64,000 bases of DNA from Dipteris shenzhenensis (lineage: Eukaryota), in NCBI GenBank assembly GCA_047967505.1, contig CM106538.1; one strand, given 5' to 3'. Positions 10,881-24,957 of the stretch are shown piece by piece. The position numbers and the translations under genes are program-made. Within the stretch, counting starts at the first letter, position 1. Every line of letters starts with the position of its first letter. The notes below the pieces were generated by a model. The model was not told the DNA's origin. It was given only the letters and a program-made list of their open reading frames with translations, and searched no databases.

Positions 10881-12065
10881 GAGAACAACAATACACTGAG
10901 TCCCCTTTTTGCACTACTATGAGGAAAATAAAATAAAACACAGCTTTTCCAATGGGGTTTACTTTCACAAAAATGAACTTTTGCATCACTATTAGGAAGG
11001 AATGCGCACGATTGCCTTGAAATTTCAAATGAACTTAAACAATCAATATTAAGTTTATTGTGGTTAGGAAGACTATGTTATGATGATAAAGAAAGCTCAT
11101 TAAAAGTCTTTGCTGGGTTTGTGAGACTAAAAAACTTGATAAAATGGGCTGAAAGAGTGGAGCCTCCAATTCGGCATCATCACCTAGTATGGATACAACT
11201 TTGCCCCGTTATCATAGAAACACCAATACATAAAAAGAGAGCCCATGGAGAGGATGGAAGCTGTGGCATGGCATTAATGTAATGACCATCAAGAAGCTGG
11301 CAAAGGGTTGAACCTAAGAGAGAACTCTGTGGTGTATGATGCTGCGAGATGTCATTAAAACTATGATAGAGCATTGGAGACGGTCTGTGTGTGTGGTTTG
11401 TTGTAGTCTCCCAGCCATGGTAGTATGTCATTCATGTGCCAGTGTCACCCCCGTCGGCCATGCCTCTGTCGATCTAGTGAGCATGGAGGGAAGATCCCCA
11501 AGTTTGATCTGTGGCTCCACTCATTGGCAAGTCTATCGTGTCTCTTGCTTTGCCGTCAATCTGATTTCCCAATTCGTTTTGTTTGAGAAAATTGCTAGTA
11601 TTGGAGTAAAATTTTCATAGGATTAATTACATGAAAGAGAGATTTGAGTGAAATTGTAGTAAGGAATGAAACTACTAAAGTTAGAGGGAGGAATTATGGT
11701 AATGATAGTGGTCAAATGAAAAGTACGAGACTAAAGACACAAAGAAAAAAAGTGACAAAGAAGATTATAGTATTTAAAGGATGATGAGAAGCTGAAGTGA
11801 AAAAAGATGAGTTATAGAGCAAGAGATTATTAGAGAAATCCATGCTTTTTACTAAATCAAAATGCCCCTTAGTCCTATATAGGGCCATCTTCTTGTGTGT
11901 GAGAGTTAATGGATATATTGAGTCTTTTCTTACTGTGTGTGATCCTATTATGGTAGTCCTTGCTTTGTTTGTTGCCTATAGAAGATTCTGTATATCCATC
12001 ATTTGGTATTAGATCATTCAAGGTTCATCTAAGTTTTGAAATCCATCTTGTTCTATTATTCTACC

Positions 12066-12235
12066 TTTATTTAGATAAAGACTACTCCTTTATTAGTTAT
12101 GTAGATAAAGATTACTCCTTTATTAGTTAGTTTGTTAAGTATTTTGATAAAGACTACTTTATTTAGATAAAGCAACTCCTTTATTTAGATAAAGACTACT
12201 TCTTTAGTAGTTAGTTTGGTAAGTATTTTGATATA
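12066..12235. repeat. Degenerate short tandem repeat AGATAAAGACTACTCCTTTATT (~5 copies)
   Basis: Motif recurs at 20-40 bp spacing and is followed by TATATAAGG. Confidence 0.75.
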
Positions 12236-12870
12236 TAAGGAATTTCTCCATTTACTCATTAGATCTTCTTGCTGCTCTCCCTCTTGTTAGATCCCTCTAT
12301 GCCTCCTAAACCCCCCTTCCTTCCCCTCTTCCTACCCTTGGTGCTTTGCTCCCCTCCACTTGTCGTGTGCTTGTGTGCACCTCCACATTTTCCATCTACT
12401 GCTTTTCATGGAACAACAATGTCCTATTTTGTCGTGCCTTTGTTGAGGCTGTTGGTGTTGTAGCTCACAGGGGTTTTATCCCCTCCCCCTGCTTATTGAC
12501 GTGCTTTCTATTGCTCCTAATGTTGCTTTGTATGTTGTTGGCTATAGGTTTTTCCATAACCCCTTGCTTGCTGCCAGGCTCATAGGAACTGAGGTTGTAG
12601 TTCTCGAGCCTGTTTCATGGGGAGGCTACACTTTGCAAATCCCCCTTGCCGTCATTTTTCCATTTTCCACCGGTTTTCTCCTTCTTCCATCCCCCCTTGT
12701 CAACACTTCCTTCCTTCAAGAAGCAACTCTTTTGTTTTGATTCTAGTAGGGACCGCCATCTTGGTGGTGACCATTCTTTTGGTTTGTCTAGAGCGGATCT
12801 CATGGCAACTCCTTCCCTCCCATAGCCGTTTGGACTACTCTTTCCCCAAGTACAAACAATAGGAAAAGAT

Positions 12871-14375
12871 TGAAATGACAGACCTCGGACTGATGCATTT
12901 CTATTTGGGGATTGAAGTTTGGCAAGAGCCAAAATAGATCTTCATCTCACAGCTAAAGTATGATGGAGAGATACTGAAGGCATTTGGCATGGCTGAGTGC
13001 AAGACAGTTGGCATCCCTATGGAGGTTGACGTGAAGCTCTCAAACGAGGATTCATCACCACTGGTGGACGAGGCAAAGTACAGAAGGCTTGTGGGTAGTT
13101 TGATTTACTTGTAACACGTGGCCAGACATCACTTTTTCGACTAGTGTACTAAGCAGGTTTTCCAATAAGCCCCGGGAGAACCATTGGAGGGCAGGGATGC
13201 AAGTGTTGAAATACATCAAAGGCACACTTGATTATGGCATCACCTATACCAAGGGCAACATCTTGACTGGATTCTGTGACTCAGATTGGGCAGGAGACGT
13301 GGACAGCAGGAGATCAGTGATAGATTACTGTTTCTCACTTGGATCTGGAGCTATGTCCAGTAAGAAGCAACCTACAATTGCTCTTTCTTCTCCTGAGGCT
13401 GAGTATAAATCAGCATGTTTTGCTTCTTGTGAGGTAGTGTGGTTGAGGAGGATTTTAGGGGACATGGATGCAGTGCAGAACAAGCCTACGCAGTTATCAT
13501 GTGACAATCAGAGTTGCATGGAAATTGCAAAGAACCTTGTGTTCCACGCTCGCACAAAACACATTGAGATTCAATATCGCTTTGTATGCAAGCTCATCAT
13601 GGATGGAGAGGTTGACGTGGTGTATTGTTTGACTACAGAGAATGCTGTGGACATCTTCACGAAGGCTCTTGGAAGAGACTTGCTGGAGAGGCATCTTCAT
13701 CGACTTGGCATTGGGCCAAAAGGTAAGTTCACTTGTAGGTGGACATTTAGGGGGGGTGTTAGATATCAATGCTCCACTCTCGTGTAACTATGTGGGAACC
13801 AGCTAGCTCTACTTGTAAGCCCCCTATATGAGGAGAAGGCATTTGAGTAGCTCAGTTATCTAGTAGGTCCTGGTTTGGACACCAGATGGGGGCCATGTGT
13901 GGCCTGATGGCTGGACGGCTTTAGATAGAGTTGGCACACTGCCAACTAGGCTACATGCAAGTGTGGGGGAGCATTTCCTAGGGCAGCCCCCACTCTCAGG
14001 TTGCGAGGCCCGTTTGGAGCCCCAAATGATCCCAGATGGTGGGCCGAATATGGTGGGCCGAATGGAGACCGTAGGTTAGTTGCTCTATTCTGCACCATGA
14101 TTGTATCATGTGGTTGGTGGCCCGACCTCCAGTCGGTCATTTTGGGTCGACTGGGTCGGTCTCCCAATTGAGGCTAACCGACTACAACTGATGGCTATAT
14201 AAGAGCAAGCCCGTGAAGCCCATATTCATCACTAGCTACAGGAACCCTTATTCCTTAGCATCCAGCCTCCGTCCTCTACTGTTTCTAGCACGTCATCGAA
14301 GCTTCTCACATAGGAGCGCACGGCTAGGAGGCAGTGCCATCTTTTGTATCAATTTTATAGTAATCAGATTTTAGA
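12871..14375 (+). mobile_element. Truncated copy of copia family C (RT C-terminus, RNase H, PPT, partial 3' LTR)
   Basis: EMTDLGLMHF..GIEV, GFCDSDWAGD, HARTKHIEIQY, then a G-run PPT and LTR TGTTAGATATCAATGC from 13757. Homologous to 49936-51490. Confidence 0.93.
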
Positions 14376-14389
14376 TCCTCCAGCCCTTC

Positions 14390-15100
14390 TAGGATAGAGC
14401 ACTGGTGGGCCAAATTGTTGGCTTCATGCCTACAAGGAGCTAGGTTTTCTTGGCATTAGAGAGTGACCACATCCAAGACCTCAACATCTATTGGGGGGAT
14501 AAGAGTTTTCTTCTCAAGTTGAGCTTCCCCATCACCACTCAAGCCTTGGTGGAGCAAAGTCCCATTTTTCTTGGCCCGCACCTAGTGTCCATACCGTGCT
14601 GTCATAGGTTCAAGATTGACGACATGGAGACAACACACCACGTGCCATGATTACCATTGACACTTTGTTTCTCAGGGCTCTTGAATGATATTGGTACATC
14701 TTGTCCTCCATTGGTGGAGCAATGCTTGAGTCCATTGCTTGAGCAGGGCTCGTGAATGATATCGGTCCATCTTGTCCTCCATTGGTGGAGCAGTGCTTGA
14801 GTCCCCACCTACCACAACAATCTGGTTCTCATAAATGATGGGGTTTTGCAACTCAATGTGATTGTAGAGTGCTTAGAGGCCTTATTGGAGGAGATATTCC
14901 TTGAGATACTAGATGAGGGAGAGATTTGGCAAAGAGTTGAGATTTTTGGCCTCCCTAGTCAATGCTTACATTGCAGGCAGATAGGACACTTGGCAAGGGA
15001 TTTCCCTCGGGGTGTAGGCTGGGTTCCCGACCCACAGGCTGGCTTGGACCAGTGTGATGTGAGACTCAAGTGGAGAGAAACAAAGGACCAATTAGACAAC
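14390..15100 (+). mobile_element. L1-type LINE ORF1 remnant (DUF4283-like region plus CCHC knuckle)
   Basis: GDKSFLLKLS...ALVEQSPIFLGPHLV and QRVEIFGLPSQCLHCRQIGHLARD(F)P. Contains a 71-bp internal duplication at 14673-14803. Confidence 0.65.
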
Positions 15101-15659
15101 AACAAAAGTCCTAGACCCCCTAAGTGGAGCCTTCCGAGGGACCTTGATTAGGGTGGATAGGAAGAAGCCAAGCAAGAGGGCTACAAAGAATGGTAGACAT
15201 CATGCCCACCATGAACAATTGACAAGTACATAACCTCCACCATCTCTCCCTTCCTAGGGGAAATAGATAGAGACACGTTTCCAGATACCTGAGGGAGAGA
15301 TCTTCTTTGACCTTCTGGCAGACCCGCTTGAGACAAGGCCCTAGATTCATAGATGGCTTCCTAGGGCTAGGTCATATGAGAGGGAGGATGCATGAAGGGA
15401 GCAACCAGGGGCAAGGGAAAGGTGGATGGGTGGAGAAGAGAGGGGAGGTAGGAGGTGGAGAAGGAATGGTTAGGGGTGGGGTGGAGAAGGAATGGTTGGG
15501 AGTGGGGAAGAAATGGAGGGAGGATCTAGGGGCAAATGAGGAGGATCCATGTGGATGAGAGTAGTAGGAGGGCTAGGAAGAAAGGGGGGGTCCACCTTTT
15601 CCCTTTGTTGGTGATCACCTACCCTTTGCCTTTCCTCGTCATAAGTGATTACCTGCCGT

Positions 15660-15876
15660 TGTAGGAGAAGAGTGGAGATGAGGAGAGAGGGCACAGCTAG
15701 AGAGCACACCACAAATGACTAACTGTACACTAGATTTAGTTGAAAAAATAGAATATATACAAACCCATTTAGGGTTAGGGTTAGGGGATCTAAACCTTTC
15801 CTGTATAGCACTCTATTGGGTTAGTGCTATGCATATATGATCACATGATGGTGCTATGCACATGTTTACTTCATCA
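15660..15876 (-). repeat. Short LTR-like repeat family F, copy 1, with (TTAGGG)3
   Basis: About 150 bp is homologous to 38513-38660. Ends are uncertain and no TSD was found. Confidence 0.6.
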
Positions 15877-16779
15877 GTGTTCACCTACCATATGTGTACA
15901 TCCCATTTCCTCATCCCCTCTAGTACTCCTCCTTCACATGTAGTCCTCCCCCTTGCTGCCACAAAACGTCTTGCTCCCTCCCACCCACCCTCTCTAGTGC
16001 CCTCGCACCCCTCTGTAGTGCCGTAGCACTTGTTTTGGCATGGGCCACTCGACATAGGCACAACTTGATTGTCTCAGTCTAGCCCTTCATAGGTGTACGG
16101 CTTAGTTTCTACAAAGTTGACACATGCGGCATCCCATTTTTTCACAAGGATCTAGAACTAACTTGCCCTGGATAATTACCCCATTGCTACAAAGATGTAC
16201 AACCCTAAAAGAGGGTTCCATTGTGTTATGTTAGCTATGGCACCAAAACCATAGTACAAGGTGGAAACCAAGAGGGCTTGAGAGTGCTTGTACAAATAAG
16301 ATCGAAGACCTAAGAGTACCCCTATGTCTAGGCACTAATGAAAGGGTGAATAGGTAGGCCCATGAGAAGGCTAATCTGTATGACACATGGTGCCATAAGA
16401 TTGAACAATGCATAAACATTGGGATTGGAGGCAGGGTCCTAGACAGAAGTCAAATTTTTGAGGAAGATGGAAGAAACTTCAAGCTAGGTACATGCATAAA
16501 GGCATAGGAGGGATCTTGAAGAAAATGGGTTGGGTGGTGAAAAAGAGATAAGACTTCATTGTGTTTGCTGAATTGGTATTAGAGCATGGTCTTCTTAAAC
16601 TTCCCCCTTACTACATAAGGCCCACCATCCATTGTGGCTCTTGCATCAAATACAAAAACAAGCACATGTTGCAAGTATTGCCACTTAAAAGTAGTGAAAA
16701 ATACACAAAAGTAGAGGTTTATGAAGACGATAACACCCATATGTGTGGCCTATCATCGACAATGTGGCATCCCACTTTT

Positions 16780-16900
16780 GATCCTCATGACTTGATGATA
16801 GTAGATGGAAAAATTGAGGGGGAAAAAGTAAGGATAACCTTGATGATTGGGCCACACACATTTCTTAAACTATTTGCTAGTTAAGAAATGGAAGTTGTAT
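16780..16900 (+). mobile_element. Ty3/gypsy-type aspartic protease remnant
   Basis: LMIVDGKIEGEKVRI, then a frameshift to LDDWATH, resembling G.I.G..V..LIDSGATHNF. Confidence 0.5.
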
Positions 16901-19900
16901 AAGAGTTCAAGTGCCCATAAATATGTGCTGTTTCTTACAAATGGAAAAATTATGAAACAAACTCTCCCTAGTGGGATGGGTCCTTGTGGCCAACTAGGTT
17001 GTCTTGGCCATGGCTTGGTACATATATTCGTGTTGGTGTTTCAAAGAGGATGCATGAGACATCTTAGGCGCTTGGTGCACCATTTCTTATGGGTAGGATT
17101 AGATGGCACAAGGAACACTAGAGCCCGCGAGCTACTTGTTGGTAGATGGTGATTCTTCCTAGGTAGAGGGAGGACTTGGCATTATTGATGCAGAGATGCA
17201 AAACAACAGAGCCTTTTGGGCAAGCCACTAGTTTGTGGACTCACTCCCAGTTTAGAGCCTTTGGAAGCTCTTGCTTTAGCGAGGCCTTTTCAAAAATACT
17301 CATCACATGGGTGGTCAGTGGTAGTAGTCTCACTAGTGGATTTTCTTAGAAGCCCCCCTCATTGGGAAGGGATCGTCCCACAGATGGTCAATGGAAGCAG
17401 TCTCATTAGTGGATTTGGTCATAAGCCCCCCTCGCTGGGAAGGGATCATCCTCGATGGGGACTCTACATAGGATGTGTTAGCAGCTTTTAGAAGGACTCA
17501 TTAAAGCTAGCCCAAGGAGTTTGGGTGGCCTCATGTTGGGACAATAGATGCATATTTGCTTTTGTGTGGTGGGGCAAGGATGTGGCACTAGCTTTTAGGA
17601 GGACTCATTCACACTAGACCTTGATGCTGAGAGGAATTTGAGTGGCGTCATGTTGGGACACTGGATGCATGTTTACTTTCATGTAGTGGGACAATGGCCT
17701 GACCAATTCTTTTAGAGCTTAGAGTCACCCTCCCACTGAGAAAGAGGCATGAGTGAGAGCCCCCTCCCACATGAGAGGGGAAGGAATTTAAATGCTAGAG
17801 ATAAACTCTAGATAGTGGCTAGGATGCAAAGGATGTAGTGCCAGACTTTACCTAGATAAGGCATAACCTAGTTGATGGAGGGAGGCCACACCTTCTACAT
17901 TAACATGGTCACTCTAGCTTACAAGATCCAAGGATACAAGCTTACAAGATCCAAGGATCCAAGGATACCATTAACATGGTCACTCTAGCTCAGAATATCC
18001 ACGGGTACAATGTCTTCCAAATCGAGGCATAGGTTGCGGTTCCCCCTCCTCGACATGTCCTATTTCTTCCCTAGAGCACAGTGCTTGGGAAATGGTGTTC
18101 ATCATCATTACTGGAAATATTTAGGTTGCCTACTATAGCTTGATGATAGAAGGCCACCGAGTCCCCTCGGTAGTGCCATTTTTTTCACTTGGCAAGACAT
18201 CATCTGCACCCTATGCACCATGTATTGAGGTATTTGCTCAATGTTTAGTCCCCCACCCTAGATCTTGGCCATAGTTTGAGAGATTCCTTAGCTACGGTGT
18301 TGGATTCTCTAAAAGCAAGCTAGTTGATTGTAAGTTTTTCTCTTTTGATTCTCCCATGCTCAACACTACATGGATTGCTAATTTGTATAGTTTGATTATG
18401 CAAGAATTAATAGAAAGTTATTTTCTCTCAAAATAAAAAGACAAAAATTATGATATTATATAGATTTGAGAAGTAAGCTGATTGGCTAGAGGAGTTAGAT
18501 GAGAGCTCTAGAACGTGCAACAAATATTTTTTTTTGTCCTGCTCTTTAGGGTAGGACTTAGCGATGGTTCAATTAAAAACCTAATATTATTTTTGGGTAT
18601 TATTTTTAGAGAATATTTCTTGGGAAAACTAATGAGAGCTCAGTATGGTTATTGCTGATACCTCTTTGTAGGTCTCACCAGAATGACTCACATCTCATTT
18701 GATAGTAGCTGCTTCTCGACATTTTAGCCAACTTCCCTTTTTGTGATTTTACATATTAGGTAGGGCTTATGAATGATATAGTTAGTCATTAATTTTGATG
18801 TTTTTCTTGTACTACAAGATAAATAAGTGGTTGAGATGATCAAAGAGACATACAACTCCATGTGAGAGACCATAGACTATGCAACAATAGATTTCTCAAT
18901 GGACTTGAGTGGCAAACAAGCTGTGCATGGTAGCCTAAACTTCACAGTGAAGAACAGTATCCAAGGCTATTCAACGAGCTACATCTAGTGGGCAACAACA
19001 GTCGCATTCATGATCTTACCTAAAACACAATTGTGACAAGAATCTAACAATAATCGGATGGTAAATGCCAAAAGATGACAACAGATGGTAGCATTGTACA
19101 CATGTTAGCACTTTTGGTTTGAACTAATGTATGTGGTGTTTGTGTTGCAATTTCCTTGGACCAGGACGATCATGTAGTAGATTTTGAAAGCATAATTTGG
19201 AATGTCAACTATAATATTTATGAATAAGAGTTGCTTGTTGTGAATCAGGCAATTAGGGTTTGGAGACACTATTTTCTCAGCAATGGTTTCTTGTTGTGAA
19301 TTAGGCGATGAGGGTTTGCAGACACTATTTGTTTGGCATTGATTTTGTCGTGATAAAAGACCCATGATAAATATTATTAGAGCTTAAAATATTTTCTAAA
19401 GCAATCTTGTCTTCATCAAAGATATATTAGATGGTCTATAGTTTGAGGCTTTGTTTTTTTAATTTCCCTACTTTAGTAAAAGTTAATGTAGTTTTGTGCA
19501 CTTTTACGGAAGTTCAGTTTTGTTCATATCTATATTTCCTACATGATGGACTTGTTGCCAAAAAAATAGTTGAAATTGAAGTTCTTACTAAGAATAATAA
19601 TGACTTTCTCGCACAAAGCTTATTAAGAGATTTAAAAGAACAAAGATCTTGAAAAATTTCTTAGGTGCTACCTTAGTTTAATGGTATCCACAAGAACCTC
19701 ACCTTTCTTCTACACTAATATAAAATGTGAATAGAGAATTAAAGTACCAATATCTATCATTAAGCTTAGTTTCAAACTTCATCCTACTGTATTGGCCTAA
19801 CAAGTGTAGAACTTCCATGCAGCAAACCATGCAATGATTTCAAGTCTTTCAAATAGTAGCTTACTTGGAAGTTCTTTAAGAGTGAGATTAAAGAAAGGCA

Positions 19901-20166
19901 ATCTACCTTTAGCAAGGTAGTTAGGAGGGTGTTCCTCAAGTGGAGTGGATTTTTTACCTTGTTGGAGGTTATAAGTACCACTCAACCAGTAGTAAAATGT
20001 AGCTCAACAAACTAAATAGTGGGGTTTTATATCTAAATACTACTTTACTTGTTATTCCAATGAATAAAAATTCAAAGGTTGAGCTGCAAAAACTATAAAA
20101 GCCTAAAATATTTCCTCATATGGACCTATGGTTTAATTCCTATGGTCCATTATGTGAGATTAAAAT

Positions 20167-22206
20167 TGAAGGACAAATTGATGTAATGGGATCATACCTA
20201 GGGTCCTAAGGTCTATGGTTGTGAGTGTGTGAACACATGGTGTGCTTGGTTAGGTGTCAATGGGTGTGATTGAGTGAATCTAGGTGTGTGGTGTGTGATT
20301 GAGAGAATCATGGACTTGATTGAGAGATTTGTGGATCTAGATGCTCTACTGAGCTCACATATGATGTCAATACTGGATGTAACTTGTGCCTATATATTGG
20401 GCATATCTCTCATGAATAAACTCACTCCCTTTTCATCATCTTTCTCTCTCCATTTGATCTCTATGCAACTCCAACATATGGTATCAGAGCCAGCTTACAA
20501 GCCTCCATGAGTCTAGTTTAGAACTCTACCTCTAGAACCCTAGATTCTCCTAGATTCCTCAAGATTCCTCATCTTCAACAAATGGAGGTTTCTCTTCTAC
20601 CTTCCTTCCTGAAATGCCTTAAGCTTGTTCTCCACCTACAAGCCACCACTTTCTATTTCTCCTTGTTAGGGCGCACTTCCACCTGGGAGGAATTTTGAAA
20701 ATAGAGCTTCTACATCCCGTGCCGCCTCCTTCTTTGGCACGCACCATTTCTACAAATTGCACCTGCTAGAGCCATCATTCCTCAAATGCTCTGAGTTGCT
20801 TCTGGGTGAACTTATTAGTCAGGTGTTGATGAATTTTAAATGCAAATGTCCACTAATTGAGTCCTACTGACGAAAAAACCTGTTGAAATTGAAGCTTCTG
20901 GCTATGGCGACCTGATGCATTTCTTTGCCCACTAGGTCTTCCCTATCAATAGACCTTTTATTGTGCACCCAATTCCCTCAAAGATCTGCTCTCCATCATC
21001 TCAATTTTGGCCTCCAAGATCACTGTATGAAGCTTGACCATTTTTAGCATATTTGATTAAGTTTGACTATATGTGTTGATTGAATCTCAGTCAAACTGAT
21101 CTGACTATCAGCATTGGAAGGTTGAATGCATTTTTGATCCTTTATATTGAGGATTGAAGTTATTGTACTTTCAAGATTCCATAGTTATGGTTTCAACATC
21201 TTTCATGATGTATGAAATGAACTTGTATTTGATTGACTACACTTTGCCATACAATCATGACCACCTCTTGTACAAGAGTAGACACTGCCCTTGCATGACA
21301 AGTGGTAAGACCCTCTTTAGTCTATATGATTCACAAAATTTTTTTAAGGCTTGGACACTCGGAGAAGGTAAAGGACTACAAGGATCTTGTATTGTAGAAT
21401 ATGGACAAGATACATTAAAGAGTGTGAAGAAGGACAAAGAGCAAAGGAGTTACAAAAAGAGCTACACCAAGAACCTCTTCAATGACAATGTAGCTCACAC
21501 TATGGTAGCTTGGAAGAGGAGGAAAAGGACAAGATATGCCATCAAAGGGGGATATTTCCACACATCTTCAATTTAGATTTTTATGTGTGTGGTCAATAAT
21601 GGTTCTCTGCCATGGATAGTCCATCCTCAAATGTTTGTTAGTCTTATGTTTTACCTTGCTGGATCTAAGGGTATTCCCATGCATAGTCATTGTCCATCTC
21701 CCAATTGTAAACCAAAAGACCAAAGTCAGAGTGAGATCATGTTGGGATGAAGATGCCCAAATGAGTCTACTGCTGCTGATGCAACTAGAATGAGTACTAG
21801 GTTGTGGATCATGTGTGTTGCCACTAGAGGTGGGCAAGCCATGAAGTTTCCCATGGACTACTTCTAGGGTTGAGGTCATCAATTTGTGGGTGGGAATGAA
21901 GGACAAGTTGATGTAATGGGATCATACCTAGGGTCCTAAGGCCTATAGTTGTGAGTGTGTGAACACATGGTGTGCTTGGTTAGGTGTCAATAGGTGTGAT
22001 TGAGTGAATCTAGTTGTGTGGTGGGTGATTGAGAGAATCATGGACCTGATTGAGAGATTTGTGGATCTAGATGCTCTACCAAGATCACATATGATGTCAC
22101 TACTAGATGTAACTTGTCCCTATATATTGAGCATATCTCTCATGAATAAACTCACTCCCTTTTCATCATCTTGCTCTTTCCATCTAGTCTCCATGCAACT
22201 CCAACA
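20167..22206 (+). mobile_element. Non-autonomous LTR element G (TRIM-like): 310-bp LTRs and a 1.4-kb internal region without recognisable pol
   Basis: LTRs 20167-20476 and 21897-22206 (TGAAGGA...CCAACA, ~20 mismatches by eye). PBS TGGTATCAGAGCC at 20479-20491 and PPT-like GTGGGTGGGAA before 21897. Confidence 0.9.
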
Positions 22207-22209
22207 ACA

Positions 22210-22500
22210 TTGGTGCGATTCTCTATAGTTGGACTTCCGCTAGCTTTATGCATCTCGGGATTGGGGGGGAGACCAAGAGTTCCCCACCAAGATCTAGTTC
22301 TACCACGACCACTTCTTGAGGGTCTTGGAGTATGGTCTTGTCAGTAGACCTCAATATTTCAAGAATAGGAGAGTCTCACATGCAATGAGTATCTCCATTG
22401 AAAAGTTGCGAGTCTCATCACTTCAGCTGAGGATTGAGGTAGGGAGAGCCGCATGCATATAGAATGGAGGAGAAGGCTGGCTACACATAACACAAGCTTG
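22210..22500 (+). mobile_element. RTE-X-like LINE 3' remnant
   Basis: EKLRVSSLQLRIEVGR at ~22400. Homologous to 45560-45672 plus 51569-51700. Confidence 0.6.
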
Positions 22501-24705
22501 GTTAAGATTCAATGAGGAATTTTTTGTACAAGTCCTTTGAAATTTGAAGTGTATTATCTGTCTTGCTCTATTACTAAAGTAATTAAAGTGTATCCACCTG
22601 AGTTCTAAAGGAAAGAGAAGGGGGGAGCACATGGATAGGATGCAAACAAAAATTTGTACGCACTATAAATTTACAATTTGAAGAATCAAAATACTACAAA
22701 CACGACTCTATGGATCTAAAAATAGGCTTACACAAATCTACTTTCACTCATGCCATAGTGATCCCATGAAGCTTTAGGCATAACTCCAAGATACCACATT
22801 GATGAGGGAAAGAACAAAAATATGTTCAAGTGTATGATGATTCTTTGAAGTTTCTTTCCTCTCACTGAACAATGGCAAGAAGAAGGAATGACAAAACCAC
22901 TTAGCATAGATGTGGCAATCAAGGATGAGGAGCATGACCAAGAAGAGGAGGACCAAGGAATTGAAGATGATTTTGGCATCAAGGATTGGGGAGAAGACAA
23001 CTTGTTGTATGTGGTGGAAGTGGTGAACTATGGAAAGTGGAACTCGGCTAAGAAGGATAGGAACATAGAAGGGCCCCTACATAGTGGAGGTTGTGCCAAA
23101 TAAATTGTGCCATTAGTGGTTTAGAAGTAGTTAAGCAAGTTGCAATATTGATAATAATGGATTGATATGGGGGATCACAGGATGGAAGTGGTTAATATAA
23201 ATGAAAGTAGAGGACCAATCATCACCAAAGGTAAAATCACACTACGTCCACTCAAGGAGTGGTACATACATCGATATCCTTTTGGTACCATAGGATGAGC
23301 ATCAAAGTGTTGCTTCCATATTCATATCCCTTCTTGTGGTTTCCATGCCTTCATTGTGGTATTCATCATATATTGCATGATAGGAATGCCATCTCTAACC
23401 AAAAACAAAATTGTAGAGGTTTCTTATGAATAACCAATCCATCTATCCCATCACATATGTACCCTTTACTAAAACCTTAGAATTTTGGTATCTATTGCAT
23501 CAAGACTGTACACTCTCAACAATGAAGGCATCCATCAATAGCTAGCAAAAATAAAACATACTATATGATCAAAGCCTTTCTAAAAGCCTACTAAACATTT
23601 GTCAAAATCCTTGTATTTGGTCAACCACTAAGAATCCAAGATGCACAATCTCAAATAGGCCCCATGCTGTGAGAAGGGAGAGAAATTTAAAGGCATATGG
23701 GTTTTAATTTATGGAACACAATTGTCAAGTTGCAAGAACAAAACTCTTGGCAGGGCATTAAAGCATCGCCTTTTTAGTCAACTAGGACATTTCACATTCA
23801 TGGTTGCATTATGAGCTTGTGGTAGAGAGGGTCCTTGAAGACTTGTAGGTATATTTGTAACTTTGGCCATTGAATAACCCTCTACATGTGTACTTATAAT
23901 ATTTCTTTGAGCTGAAGAAAATATTTCACATTTGTGGATACACTACTGTTTCCTCTTCTCTCTTCTTTTGTTTTGCAACTTTTGATGAATATCATATGCA
24001 TCCCTTAATAGAAAACAACCAAAATAGATTGTTCTAGACCCTCTTCATAATCAATATCTCCTTTAACATCCTTATCTAGAAGCTTTAAGTGCCTCATGCA
24101 TTTTGCAAGTGAACCCACTATGAAACTGGATAAAAAGCCCAATATCCCATTGCAAAAGACCATATCCATGCTTTTTATGTCCATCGACTAACTTAATTGG
24201 AAGTACATAATGCAAATCATCAAGATTTTAATATGGGCTATAGTTGAGGTATACATGTCTTTACATGGTCCATTTTATCATGAATAATGCACACACATAC
24301 TTGCTAGGTTCACAACATGACTTTTGCCTCCAAGGTTATGCATGTCTTTACTTGATCTATTTCAGCATGAACACATATTTGCTAGATCAACAACAAGATT
24401 TTTCCTCTAAGAGTGGCACAAATTTGGACATCATTCATACAAGAATGTTCTTTTCCCTTTTCCTTAAAAACATTCTATGATCTTGTACCAATATGGTTGT
24501 TGATGTACAAATGCCATTTTCTAGGAATGAGCTACATTTGCAGATTGATGCTTGCTTGAAAACTATTCTCTAGAGTCTACTAAGTGTAGAGTGTGAAATG
24601 TGTTTGTGCCTAATCTTGATAGTATGATGTTTACTTCATAAAAATTACATTTTTACTTATAAACTCTTGCCAAAATGTGTTGATTGTTCCTATCTCCCTA
24701 AAATT

Positions 24706-24957
24706 TTGTTAGACTACCTCTATGAGGCATAATTTCTACATTATTGTCCTTATGGTTTTGATGTTGTTAGACTATCTTTATGAGGAATAATCTCTACATT
24801 ATTGTCCTTATAGTGTTGACCTTGTTAGAGTACTTCAATGAGGTAGTCTCTGCATTATTATCCTTATAGTTTTGATGTTGTTAGAGGCATAATCTCTACA
24901 TCATTGTCCCTCAAATGTTGTTGGACTACTTCTATGAGGCATAATCTCTACATTATA
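24706..24957. repeat. Degenerate tandem repeat, ~58-bp unit, ~4.5 copies
   Basis: Unit TTGTTAGACTACCTCTATGAGGCATAATCTCTACATTATTGTCCTTATAGTTTTGATG. Confidence 0.85.

Noticed and set aside
15768-15786. Interstitial telomere or chromosome fusion site
   Set aside because: Only three units, embedded in a dispersed LTR-like repeat that also occurs at 38.5 kb.
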